Shown: positions 25,201-35,365 of the stretch, one piece after another | Layout of the letters: every line of letters begins with the position of its first letter | How positions within the stretch are numbered: the stretch's first letter is position 1 | Source of the DNA: Haliotis cracherodii | Taxonomy: Eukaryota | Direction: 5' to 3' | DNA length: 64,000 bases | Assembly: GCF_022045235.1 (NCBI RefSeq) | Contig: NW_027266308.1 | Span: 70,060,001-70,124,000 of the forward strand | Translations under genes and position numbers: made by a program | The notes under the pieces: generated by a model | Seen by the model: only the letters and a program-made list of their open reading frames with translations | Database searches by the model: none | Told to the model about the DNA's origin: nothing

Positions 25201-28200
25201 AGGTAGAAGGTCAGATAGATACTGGGCTGGGCTCTCTGAAGATTTACTTACTGAACAGGTACTGATGAGAAGTACTACTGGTGGCCTTACAAGAGGTCAT
25301 GGTATGACCGAGACACAGCGTTTAGTGTGACAGTTACCATGTAATGCCAGTTCTGAGGTCAACTTGGCCATGCAGGAGTTCACATCGGTAAAGTACATGA
25401 CCAGTGAGCAGCATGATGAGGGACCAGAGCATAAAGAGAATAAGGACCAACACAAGGATATGTCCGAGGCAAGACAGAAGAAGGATATGTCCGAGGCAAG
25501 ACAGAAGAAGGATATGTCCGAGGCAAGACAGAAGAAGGATATGTCCGAGGCAAGACAGAAGGAGGATATGTCCGAGGCAAGACAGAAGGAGGATATGTCC
25601 GAGGCAAGACAGAAGGATATGTCCGAGGCAAGACAGAAGAAGGATATGTCTGAGGCAAGACAGAAGAAGGATATGTCTGAGGCAAGACAGAAGAAGGATA
25701 TGTCCGAGGCAAGACAGAAGAAGGATATGTCTGAGGCAAGACAGGAGGATATGTCCGAGGTAAGACAGAAGAAGGATATGTCTGAGGCAAGACAGAAGGA
25801 TATGTCCGAGGCAAGACAGAAGGATATGTCCGAGGCAAGACAGAAGGATATGTCTGAGGCAAGACAGAAGAAGGATATGTCCGAGGCAAGACAGAAGGAT
25901 ATGTCTGAGGCAAGACAGGAGGATATGTCCGAGGTAAGACAGAAGAAGGATATGTCTGAGGCAAGACGGAAGGAGGATATGTCCGAGGTAAGACAGAAGG
26001 ATATGTCTAAGGCAAGACAGAAGGATATGTCCGAGGCAAGACAGAAGGATATGTCCGAGGCAAGACAAAAGAAGGATATGTCCGAGGCAAGACAGAAGAA
26101 GGATATGTCCGAGGCAAGAAAGAAAAAGAAGGATATGTCCGAGACAAGACAGAAGAAGGATATGTCCGAGGCAAGACAGAAGAAGGATATGTCCGAGGCA
26201 AGACAGAAGAAGGATATGTCCGAGGCAAGAAAGAAAAAGAAGGATATGTCCGAGGCAAGACAGAAGAAGGATATGTCCGAGGCAAGACAAAAGAAGGATA
26301 TGTCCGAGGCAAGACAGAAGAAGGATATGTCCGAGGCAAGAAAGAAAAAGAAGGATATGTCTGAGGCAAGACAGAAGAAAGATATGTCCGAGGCAAGAAA
26401 GAAAAAGAAGGATATGTCCGAGGCAAGACAGAAGAAGGATATGTCCGAGGCAAGACAAAAGAAGGATATGTCCGAGGCAAGACAGAAGGATATGTCCGAG
26501 GCAAGACAGAAGAAGGATATGTCCGAGGCAAGACAGAAGAAGGATATGTCCGAGACAAGACAGAAGAAGGATATGTCCGAGGCAAGACAGAAGGATATGT
26601 CCGAGACAAGACAGAAGAAGGATATGTCCGAGGCAAGACAGAAGAAGGATATGTCCGAGGCAAGACAGAAGAAGGATATGTCCGAGGCAAGACAGAAGAA
26701 GGATATGTCCGAGGCAAGACAGAAGAAGGACATGGCAGACACAGAGGGCTCCCGTGTAACAGCTGATGACACTGTCGATGTGAACTCTGCAAGAGAAGAT
26801 CTTGCATGATATTATTAGAAAACATGTTGCAGAATATACATTCAGGAGGAAGGATCAAGCTGTCACCTTATCTGATAGCAGTGCAGTAAAAACAAAAGAG
26901 GGAATGGTTCAAATAGATCCCCAGCTGCTCTTTCAGAGACTTATCACATTGGGAACACGTCACAACAGCCTATCAGAAGCATTCCAATATGAGCTATGTA
27001 GTTATGCGCCGGCGCTCTTCCAGAATAAGTGAACTCCACGCCTAGCAAAAACTGTTCAACTTGCTAATGCAATTTGGAGTCTGATGCCTCCAGGAATGTC
27101 CATACCGCCTGGAGATGTGCAGTATGTCCAAGATGGAGGAGCTTTGCTTCACAGAATAATATGGAGCCGAGGGTCAAAATATGATGAGATATGTGAGCAG
27201 TATGTCAGGTATGTGACTAGACACTATGGTAAGCCAGTCATGGTATTTGATGGTTATCTCAGCGGTCCAAGCAACAAGGATACAACGCATCAGCGAAGAG
27301 CATGACCACGTGTTGGAGCCCCTGTACAAGTCTCAGGGTCTATGGTCTTCAATGGAAAGAAGCAGGACTTTCTTTCCAACAAGGATAATAAGCTGAAGTT
27401 CATCATCTTGTTTGATGAACATGTATAACATCATGGATGTCGCACAGACCATGCTGGGGCAGATGCTGATCTACTAACTGTGCAGACTGCCATTGACACT
27501 GCTGAGACAACAAGAAAGCCAATGGTTGTCGTTTCAGATGACAAAGATATCCTTGTTCTGTTCTGCTTCAACACTGAGCTCCCCCACAACAAATTTGTAC
27601 CTTAGACCCAAACCTCACTATGGTGCAAAGAAGCAGCCAAGATGTTGGAACATAGCTGTTCTCAAAGCACTTTCACGGTGTTGGAAAGGGAGTTGCACTG
27701 AACCTGATTCGCACTAACAAGGTTCGCACTAACAGGCTGAGAGATTTGGAAATCCAAACAGCACCACGGCCGATATTATAGCTGCAGGAGAGAAAGCACT
27801 AGTTACCTTGGTGTAAGACGAGTTCTATGGATGAACAACTTCTTTATTACAATTAGTGCGACGTTTCGGTGTAGATCTACACCGAAACGTCGCACTAATT
27901 GTAATAAAGAAGTTGTTCATCCATAGAACTCGTCTTACTTCATCACACCAACTTCTAAATGCCACTCAAAGAAGTTACTAGTTACCTTGTACAAAGGCAA
28001 GCCTGATGATAAATTGGATTTTCTTTGCCTCCAGCGATTCCAGCAGAAAGTCAGCAGTTGTACATGTGTGAAACCAGAAGTCCTTCCTCAGCAGCAGCTA
28101 ATTGTCACACTATGCGGGTCTACTTGCAAGTACAGCAGTGGACGGGGGATGGAGATGAGATGCAAACCTACTGAGTGGGGTTGGTGTGAGAAAGCTGGGA

Positions 28201-31200
28201 AGTACATTCCTGTTCTTACAGACAAAGAAGAAGCCCCTAAAATCTCCTGAATGTAATAAGGTGCAAGTGCTTGTAGCAACAGGCAGTGTACCTGCAGAGC
28301 AAATGGTCTTGAGTGTACCAACGGATGTGACGTGTGTAGAGGTGTATGTTAAAATGTCAGCGCAGTCCTTGAAGAAAGCGAAGATGACATTGGTGACTAA
28401 AACATGCAGTAAGCTAATACAGTATCTGAGAAATTGAAAGGAGGTGTACCAAAATGCCTCACTACTAAAGTACTATCATTAAGGAGTTGTCTGACCCTGT
28501 AAATGGGGTGTAGAGACCACAAATATGTTAGACACTGAAATATTACAGTCAATGGTGGTTTCAAAATGGCTGTCAGTTTAAATTTATGCAAATTAAGCAT
28601 TATGAAAGGAACCAATGATATAAATACTGTTAAACTTGGAGTCTTTTACCAAAAAATATGTGTATAGACACCAGAATTAGGTCTCAATTAGGTGCCGGTA
28701 TCAGATCCTAATATTTTGTTAATGGTTTCAAAATGGCCACCATTTTGAATTTATGCAAATTAGGCATAAAGAAATGATCCAACTATTGCAATATTTTTAT
28801 AATTGAATTCTTTGACACTGAAAACATGGGTGTAGACACCAGAATTACATCTCTGCCATCATCACCTACGAAGATATACTAAAAAATTGATGATTTCAAA
28901 ATGGTCGCCATTTTTAATTTATGCAAATTAGGCACTAAGACATTACCCAACTATTAAAATACTGTTATAATTGAATTCTTTGACCCCCAAAACATGGGTG
29001 TATTCACCAGAATTAAATCTCTACTAGTCTTAGATCCCGAGACACAGGCAAACCCTAGCACAATTAGTTTGAATGGTGGCCATTTTGAATTTATGCAAAT
29101 AAGGCACTGTTCCACTGCTCCAATTTGGGTCAAATCCTATTTTGACTGGGCTAATACTGTGTCAGGGTAGGTCATCCTTGCTGGGGCAGTAAACTAGCAA
29201 CCACACACACTATACAGGGGCAATGATCTTGAAGGAAAAACCCCATTTCACCTCGCCTATCTGATTGGCATCTAATAATGAACTTTAGGATTTAAGTTAT
29301 TCAGTTTATGCATTCACATCAGTTATATTCAAAACTCTAAATTTTCATTTGTAAACTCAAAGGGCAACAGCTGCAGATGAAGGGATGTTTGAGTGATGTC
29401 CCCGTCCCCCCCTGTAATTATAATATACATCTCTGTTGTGATGACACACGGACCCCTGAAGACCTGTGTTAGAATGGGTCTTAAGCAATCCATGCTTGCC
29501 ATAATAGGCTTGTCGTAAGAGGCGACTAACAGGATCAGGTGGTCACTGACTTGGTTGCTCAATGTCGTATCCCAAATGCGTAGAATGAGGCTCATGATGT
29601 CAATCACCAGATTGTCTGGTCCAGACTTCATTATTTAGACCGCTGTCATATAGCTGGAATATGGTTGAACGTGGCGTTACGCAACAAACAAACAAACAAA
29701 ATGTGATGCCACACATCTGGGTGTACGGAATGTACTGCAGCAGTCTGTCCCGGCAGGTCCTGTACTCAACTGTCCCGTGATCCACGTCCGGGTCCGGCTC
29801 CACAGCCTCCAGGTCCGCCCGGGCACGTCCCTGGCAATGGTGTCAGCCTGTGCAGCACAGTGTGTGAGCAAGGCCCTCCGGGATGCAGATGCAGCACTCC
29901 TGGAGCCCATGATGAAGTTACAGGTGAGTCTGACGAGGCACTGCTGGAACCCGTAATGCAGTTACAGGTGAGACTGACGGGGCACTGCTGGAGCCTGTAA
30001 TGAAGTTACAGGTGAGACTGACGAGGCACTGCTGGAGCCCGTAATGAAGTTGCAGGTGAGACTGACGAGGCATTGCTGGAGCCTGTAATGAAGTTACAGG
30101 TGAGACTGAGGAGGCACTGCTGGAACCCGTAATGCAGTTACAGGTGAGACTGACGGGGCACTGCTGGAATCCGTAATGCAGTTACAGGTGAGACTGACGG
30201 AGCACTGCTGGAACCCGTAATGCAGTTACAGGTGAGACTGAGGAGGCACTGCTGGAACCCGTAATGAAGTTACAAGTGAGTCTGACGAGGCACTGCTGGA
30301 ACCCATGAAGAAGTTACAGGTGAGACTGACAAGGCATTGCTGGAACTGGGTGTCTGTGAACCCTGAAGGACCTGTTACATGGACCAATATTTCAAAAGAA
30401 GGTGTGGACAAGTTGTAAAAAGCTCATGGCAATAACCCCTTCATTTTAACTGTCAACATAGACGTACAGCCAGTGCTGGATTTGGATTTAGTGCTACATG
30501 AGTGATGGAGTGGTATATGTGATGGAGTGGTATGAGAGATGGAGTTGTATGAGTGATGGAGTGGTATGAGTGACGGAGTGGTGTGAGAGATGGCGTGGTA
30601 TGAGAGATGGCGTGGTATGAGAGATGGCGTGGTATGAGAGATGGAGTGGTATGAGAGATGGCGTGGTATGAGAGATGGAGTTGTATGAGTAATGGAGTGG
30701 TATGAGTGACGGAGTGATATGAGTGAGGTCATGGTATGATTGATGGAGTGGTGTGGTATGATTGATGGAGTGGTATGAGAGATGGAGTGGTATGAGTGAC
30801 GGAGTGGTATGAGTGACGGAGTTGTATGAGAGATGGAGTTGTATGAGTGATGGAGTTGTATGAGTGATGGAGTGGTATGAGAGATGGAGTGGTATGAGAG
30901 ATGGCGTGGTATGAGAGATGGAGTGATGGAGTTGTATGAGTGATGGAGTGGTATGAGTGACGGAGTGGTATGAGTGATGGAGTGGTATGAGTGATGGAGT
31001 GGTATGAGTGATGGGGTGGTATGAGTGATGGAGTGGTGTGGTATGAGTGATGGAGTGGTATGAGATATGGAGTGGTATGAGTGACAGTGGTATGATAGAT
31101 GGAGTGGTATGAGAGAGGTAGCGGTATGAGTGACAGAGTGGTATGAGAGATGGAGTGGTATGAGAGACGGAGCGGTATGAGTGATGGAGTGGTATGAGAG

Positions 31201-34200
31201 ATGGCGTGGTATTAGAGATGGGGTGGTATGAGTGATGGAGTGGTATGAGTGAGGTCATGGTATGATTGATGGAGTGGTGTGGGATGATTGATGGAGTGGT
31301 ATGAGAGATGGAGTGGTATGAGAGACTGAGTGGTATGAGAGACTGAGTGGTATGAGTGACGGAGTGGTATGATTGATGGAGTGGTATGAGAGACGGAGTG
31401 GTATGAGTGATGGAGCGGTATGATTGATGGAGTGGTATGAGTGAGATGGTATGATTGATGGAGTGGTGTGGTATGAGTGATGGAGCAGTATGAGAGATGG
31501 AGTGGTATGAGTGATGTCATGGTATGAGAGATGGAGTGGTATGAGTGACAGTGGTATGAGAGATGGAGTGGTATGATTGATGGAGTGGTGTGGTATGAGT
31601 GATGGAGTGGTATGAGATATGGAGTGGTATGAGTGACAGTGGTATGAGAGATGGAGTGGTATGAGAGAGGTAGCGGTATGAGTGACAGAGTGGTATGAGA
31701 GATGGAGTGGTATTAGAGACGGAGCGGTATGAGTGACAGTGGTATGAGTGATGGAGCGGTATGAGAGATGGAGTGGTATGAGTGACTGGTATGAGAGATG
31801 GCGTGGTATGAGTGATGGCATGCTATGAGTGATGGGGTGGTATGAGTGATGGAGTGGTATGACTGATGGGGTGGTATGAGTGACAGAGTGGTATGAGAGA
31901 TCGCGTGGTATGAGAGATGGCGTGGTATGAGTGATGGGGTGGTATGAGTGATGGAGTGGTATGAGTGATGGGGTGGTATGAGTGATGGAGTGGTATGAGT
32001 GATGGGGTGGTATGAGTGATGGGGTGGTATGAGTGATGGAGTGGTCTGAGTGATGGTGGTATGAGAGATGGAGTGGTATGAGTGATGGAGTGGTATGAGT
32101 GATGGGGTGGTATGAGTGATGGGGTGGTATGAGTGATGGGGTGGTATGAGTGATAAAGTGGTCTGAGTGATGGTGGTATGAGAGATGGAGTGGTATGAGT
32201 GACGGAGTGGTATGAGTGACGGAGTGGTATGAGTGATGGGGTGGTATGAGTGATGGAGTGGTATGACTGATGGGGTGGTATGAGTGACAGAGTGGTATGA
32301 GAGATCGCGTGGTATGAGAGATGGCGTGGTATGAGTGATGGGGTGGTATGAGTGATGGAGTGGTATGAGTGATGGGGTGGTATGAGTGATGGAGTGGTAT
32401 GAGTGATGGGGTGGTATGAGTGATGGGGTGGTATGAGTGATGGGGTGGTATGAGTGATGGAGTGGTCTGAGTGATGGTGGTATGAGAGATGGAGTGGTAT
32501 GAGTGATGGAGTAGTATGAGTGATGGGGTGGTATGAGTGATGGGGTGGTATGAGTGATGGAGTGGTCTGAGTGATGGTGGTATGAGAGATGGAGTGGTAT
32601 GAGTGACGGAGTGGTATGAGTGACGGAGTGGTATGAGAGATGGCGTGGTATTAAAGATGGAGTGGTATGAGTGATGGGGGGGGATGAGATATGGAGTGGT
32701 ATGAGTGACGGAGTGGTATGAGTGATGGAGTGGTATTAGTGAAGGAGTGGTATGAGTGATGGGGTGGTATGAGTGATGGAGTGGTATGAGTGATGGGGTG
32801 GTATGAGTGATGGAGTGGTATGAGTGACGGAGTGGTATGAGTGACGGAGTGGTATGAGAGATGGCGTGGTATTAGAGATGGAGTGGTATGAGTGATGGCG
32901 TGGTATTAGAGATGGAGTGGTATGAGTGACGGAGTGGTATGAGTGATCGAGTGGTATTAGTGAAGGAGTGGTATGAGTGATGGAGTGGTATGAGTGACAG
33001 AGTGGTATGAGAGATGGAGTGGTATGAGTGACGGAGTGGTATGAGTGATGGAGTGGTATTAGTGAAGGAGTGGTATGAGTGATGGAGTGGTATGAGAGAT
33101 GGCGTGGTATTAAAGATGGAGTGGTATGAGTGATGGGGTGGCATGAGATATGGAGTGGTATGAGTGACGGAGTGGTATGAGTGATGGAGTGGTAATAGTG
33201 AAGGAGTGGTATGAGTGATGGGGTGGTATGAGTGATGGGGTGGTATGAGTGATGGAGTGGTATGAGTGATGGTGGTATGAGTGACAGAGTGGTATGAGAG
33301 ATGGAGTGGTATGAGTGACAGAGTGGTATGAGTGATGGAGTGGTATGAGTGACGGAGTGGTATGAGAGATGGCGTGGTATTAGAGATGGAGTGGTATGAG
33401 TGATGGCGTGGTATTAGAGATGGAGTGGTATGAGTGACGGAGTGGTATGAGTGAAGGAGTGGTATTAGTGAAGGAGTGGTATGAGTGATGGAGTGGTATG
33501 AGTGACAGAGTGGTATGAGATATGGAGTGGTATGAGTGACGGAGTGGTATGAGTGATGGAGTGGTATTAGTGAAGGAGTGGTATGAGTGATGGAGTGGTT
33601 AGAGAGATGGAGTGGTATGAGTGACGGAGCGGTATGAGTGATGGAGTGGTATGAGTGAGGTCATGGTATGATTGATGGAGTGGTGTGGTATGAGTGAGGT
33701 CATGGTATGAGTGATGGAGTGGTGTGGTATGAGTGATGTCATGGTATGATTGATGGAGCGGTGTGGTATGGTGTTGGAGAGGTATGAGTAATGGAGAGGT
33801 ATGAGTGATGGCGTGGTATGAGTGATGGAGTGGTGTTGTATGAGTGATGGAGAGGTACAAGGTATGAGTGATGGCGTGGTATGAGAGATGGAGTGGAGTG
33901 GTACCAGTGATGGAGAGGTACAAGGTATGAGTGATGGCGTGGTATGAGAGATGGAGTGGTATGAGTGATGGTGTGGTGTATGTGATGGATTGGTATTTGT
34001 GATGGAGTGGTATGAGTGATGGCGTGGTATAAGTGATAGAATTGTATGAGTGATGGCGTGGTGTATGTGATGGAGTGGTATATGTGATGGAGTGGTGTAT
34101 GTGACGGGATGGTATAAGTGATGGAGTGGTATGTTTGACTGTTGCAGATCTCTACGGATGAGGATCACCTTCACTCTGTGTTGTCTGACCTGGCACAGCG

Positions 34201-34417
34201 CAGGAGCCACATCGAGAGCATCGCCCCCCGGGATGATGTGAGGGTGGTGGAGACAATGACACCCCTAGCTGAGCTGATGGGGTACTCCACAGACATAAGA
34301 ACCATCACCTCTGGTACGGCCATGGTGTCCATGGAGTTTTCTCACTATGAACTGATGTCGGTGCAGCAACAGAACAAGGCCATAGAGAAGGTGCTAGGTT
34401 TTGTGCCAAATAGATGA
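16002..34417 (+). CDS. GFM2: Ribosome-releasing factor 2, mitochondrial (EF-G2mt), 9 exons, ~768 aa
   Basis: Exons 16002-16233, 16457-16585, 17160-17240, 18682-19478, 19727-20005, 21006-21139, 21334-21551, 29757-29923, 34148-34417 (2307 nt, all GT-AG, phases consistent). Arg-rich presequence; [93 protein letters not shown]. Confidence 0.93.
16457..16585 (+). CDS. GFM2: GFM2 exon 2
   Basis: [43 protein letters not shown]. Confidence 0.93.
17160..17240 (+). CDS. GFM2: GFM2 exon 3
   Basis: [27 protein letters not shown]; donor gtgagt. Confidence 0.93.
17268..18597. repeat. Compound (GT)n/(GCAT)n microsatellite in GFM2 intron 3
   Basis: Alternating gtgt/gcat runs; source of the many HT/CV-rich spurious ORFs. 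Confidence 0.95.
18682..19478 (+). CDS. GFM2: GFM2 exon 4
   Basis: [11 protein letters not shown]...YLNKMDK...[18 protein letters not shown]...GLKQ. Confidence 0.95.
19727..20005 (+). CDS. GFM2: GFM2 exon 5
   Basis: TYTGDT...[12 protein letters not shown]...LQKEDPSLK. Confidence 0.92.
20047..21003. repeat. 16-20-bp minisatellite filling GFM2 intron 5
   Basis: Unit acatgacctgtgtt(g/c)tat, running up to the exon 6 acceptor. Confidence 0.93.
21006..21139 (+). CDS. GFM2: GFM2 exon 6
   Basis: [22 protein letters not shown]...PLQVAYR. Confidence 0.93.
21334..21551 (+). CDS. GFM2: GFM2 exon 7
   Basis: [18 protein letters not shown]...[13 protein letters not shown]; phases fit exons 6 and 8. Confidence 0.9.
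21835..22001 (+). mobile_element. Degenerate tRNA-headed SINE interrupted by the Academ insertion
   Basis: A-box-like gtggtctagtagagcg and body aaaaatggtacttg...cctggccctcagcatta; sequence probably resumes after 29156. Confidence 0.4.
23388..24858. mobile_element. Nested unclassified element with a long terminal hairpin and asymmetric inverted repeat
   Basis: Hairpin 23395-23540 (loop gagcgaaagcga); atttattacccacgt at ~23543 inverted as acgtgggtaataaat ending 24858; interrupts the Academ coding remnants. Confidence 0.65.
25453..26733. repeat. 24/27/30-bp minisatellite, ~48 copies, expanded from Academ coding sequence
   Basis: Unit aaggatatgtccgaggcaagacag(aag); reads KDMSEARQK in the transposase frame. 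Confidence 0.95.
27811..27976. mobile_element. 166-bp insertion with a perfect 126-bp palindrome and 13-bp TSD (Penelope-like end)
   Basis: TSD actagttaccttg at 27798-27810 and 27977-27989; arms 27813-27875 and 27876-27938; cgaaacgtcg...aataaa motif. Confidence 0.75.
29450..29700 (+). mobile_element. SINE-like family A copy (near full length)
   Basis: gtcgtaagaggcgactaac core, atatagctggaata tail, (aaac)n end. Confidence 0.75.
29757..29923 (+). CDS. GFM2: GFM2 exon 8
   Basis: [19 protein letters not shown]...[11 protein letters not shown]; donor cag|gtgagt. Confidence 0.92.
29894..30348 (+). repeat. 43-44-bp tandem repeat of the GFM2 exon 8 end plus donor site, ~10 copies
   Basis: Unit gcactgctggaacccgtaatgaagttacag|gtgagactgacgag. 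Confidence 0.93.
30497..34132. repeat. ~17-bp G-rich minisatellite, ~3.6 kb, in GFM2 intron 8
   Basis: Unit gagtgatggagtggtat and variants. Confidence 0.95.
34148..34417 (+). CDS. GFM2: GFM2 exon 9 (domain V and stop)
   Basis: [20 protein letters not shown]...[20 protein letters not shown]...FVPNR*. Confidence 0.93.
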   Translation: MSTDEDHLHSVLSDLAQRRSHIESIAPRDDVRVVETMTPLAELMGYSTDIRTITSGTAMVSMEFSHYELMSVQQQNKAIEKVLGFVPNR

Positions 34418-34904
34418 CCCGGTCTGATACAGGGGTGTTGTGAAGGATGTCAGTTATGTTGTTAAAAATTGTTGGTTTGATAAGGGTGGACGTGTGAATA
34501 ATGAATCCTCTGAATGTTAGGGTTACATGTCACAGGATTGTAGAGATAGTGCATTAGTGGCTGGTCTGAGTCTGGTCCTGGTTCTACATTCAGGTCTAAG
34601 GCCAGTCCAGCAGAGCTGTGTGATATTGCCAAGCCATTTACATTTGTACATCAAACTATGTATATTCTAGATTGCAATACACTGGTACATATTTTTCGCT
34701 TTGTTTCTTGTTTCCTCAGATGTGTTCTCATACTGGCCTGATGTTTGTTCTGGTAGGAACTGGCAAACCAATAAGAACAGTCTTGTTTTGAGACTTTATT
34801 TATAAAAAGTTATCACAGTTCAAATGAGAGTCCAATATGGCCCATTTAATAAGCATGGTGCCAAGACAATTGGCTCCAAAACAAGACATGTCCTTCTGTA
34901 CATA

Positions 34905-35243
34905 GAGGAACAGGGTCAGACTTCAACCATCTCCTCCTCCTGTGGACTGTGAGGAACAGGGTCAGACTTCAACCATCTCCTCCTCCTGTGGACTGTGAGG
35001 AACAAGGTCAGACTTCAACCATCTCCTCCTCCTGTGGACTGTGAGGAACAGGGTCAGACTTCAACCATCTCCTCCTCCTTTGGACTGTGAGGAACAGGGT
35101 CAGACTTCAACCATCTCCTCCTCCTTTGGACTGTGAGGAACAGGGTCAGACTTCAACCATCTCCTCCTCCTGTGGACTGTGAGGAACAGGGTCAGACTTC
35201 AACCATCTCCTCCTCCTGTGGACTGTGAGGAACAGGGTCAGAC
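34905..35243. repeat. 46-bp tandem repeat, ~7 copies, overlapping the NRDE2 stop codon
   Basis: Unit gaggaacagggtcagacttcaaccatctcctcctcctgtggactgt. Confidence 0.93.
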
Positions 35244-35365
35244 TGACACAACAGATCTAGTTCCTCCACTGGAATCTGAACACGTAGCTCCTTCTCTGTC
35301 ATGAGGTCGACCATCTCCTGCAGCTGACTCTGGCCAAACAGACGCACCCCATCCTTGTACAGCAC
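35192..35365 (-). CDS. NRDE2: NRDE2 exon 10 (last)
   Basis: VLYKDGVRLF...DLMTEKELRVQIPVEELDLL...*. Confidence 0.9.
   Translation of the reverse strand: MLYKDGVRLFGQSQLQEMVDLMTEKELRVQIPVEELDLLCQSDPVPHSPQEEEMVEV

Larger units (their letters stand above)
22560..28400 (+). pseudogene. Disrupted Academ transposase/XPG-like/Cys-finger ORF
   Basis: Collinear fragments in ORFs 22598, 22799, 25364, 26802, 27084, 27987 with many stops and frameshifts. Confidence 0.75.
22002..29153 (+). mobile_element. Academ-type DNA transposon (decayed) in GFM2 intron 7
   Basis: Termini TAG(t/c)ccagtcaaaata...tattttgactgggCTA; 3-bp TSD ATA (21999-22001, 29154-29156); long inverted subterminal arrays (gtgcctaatttgcataaattcaaaatggc); remnants of transposase ([24 protein letters not shown]), an XPG/PIN-like domain ([20 protein letters not shown]) and a Cys-rich finger near 28250-28350. 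Confidence 0.8.

Noticed and set aside
16002-34417. Assignment as GFM1 or bacterial fusA
   Set aside because: Spliced structure, mitochondrial presequence and motifs such as [17 protein letters not shown] and PLQVAYRE fit GFM2 better.
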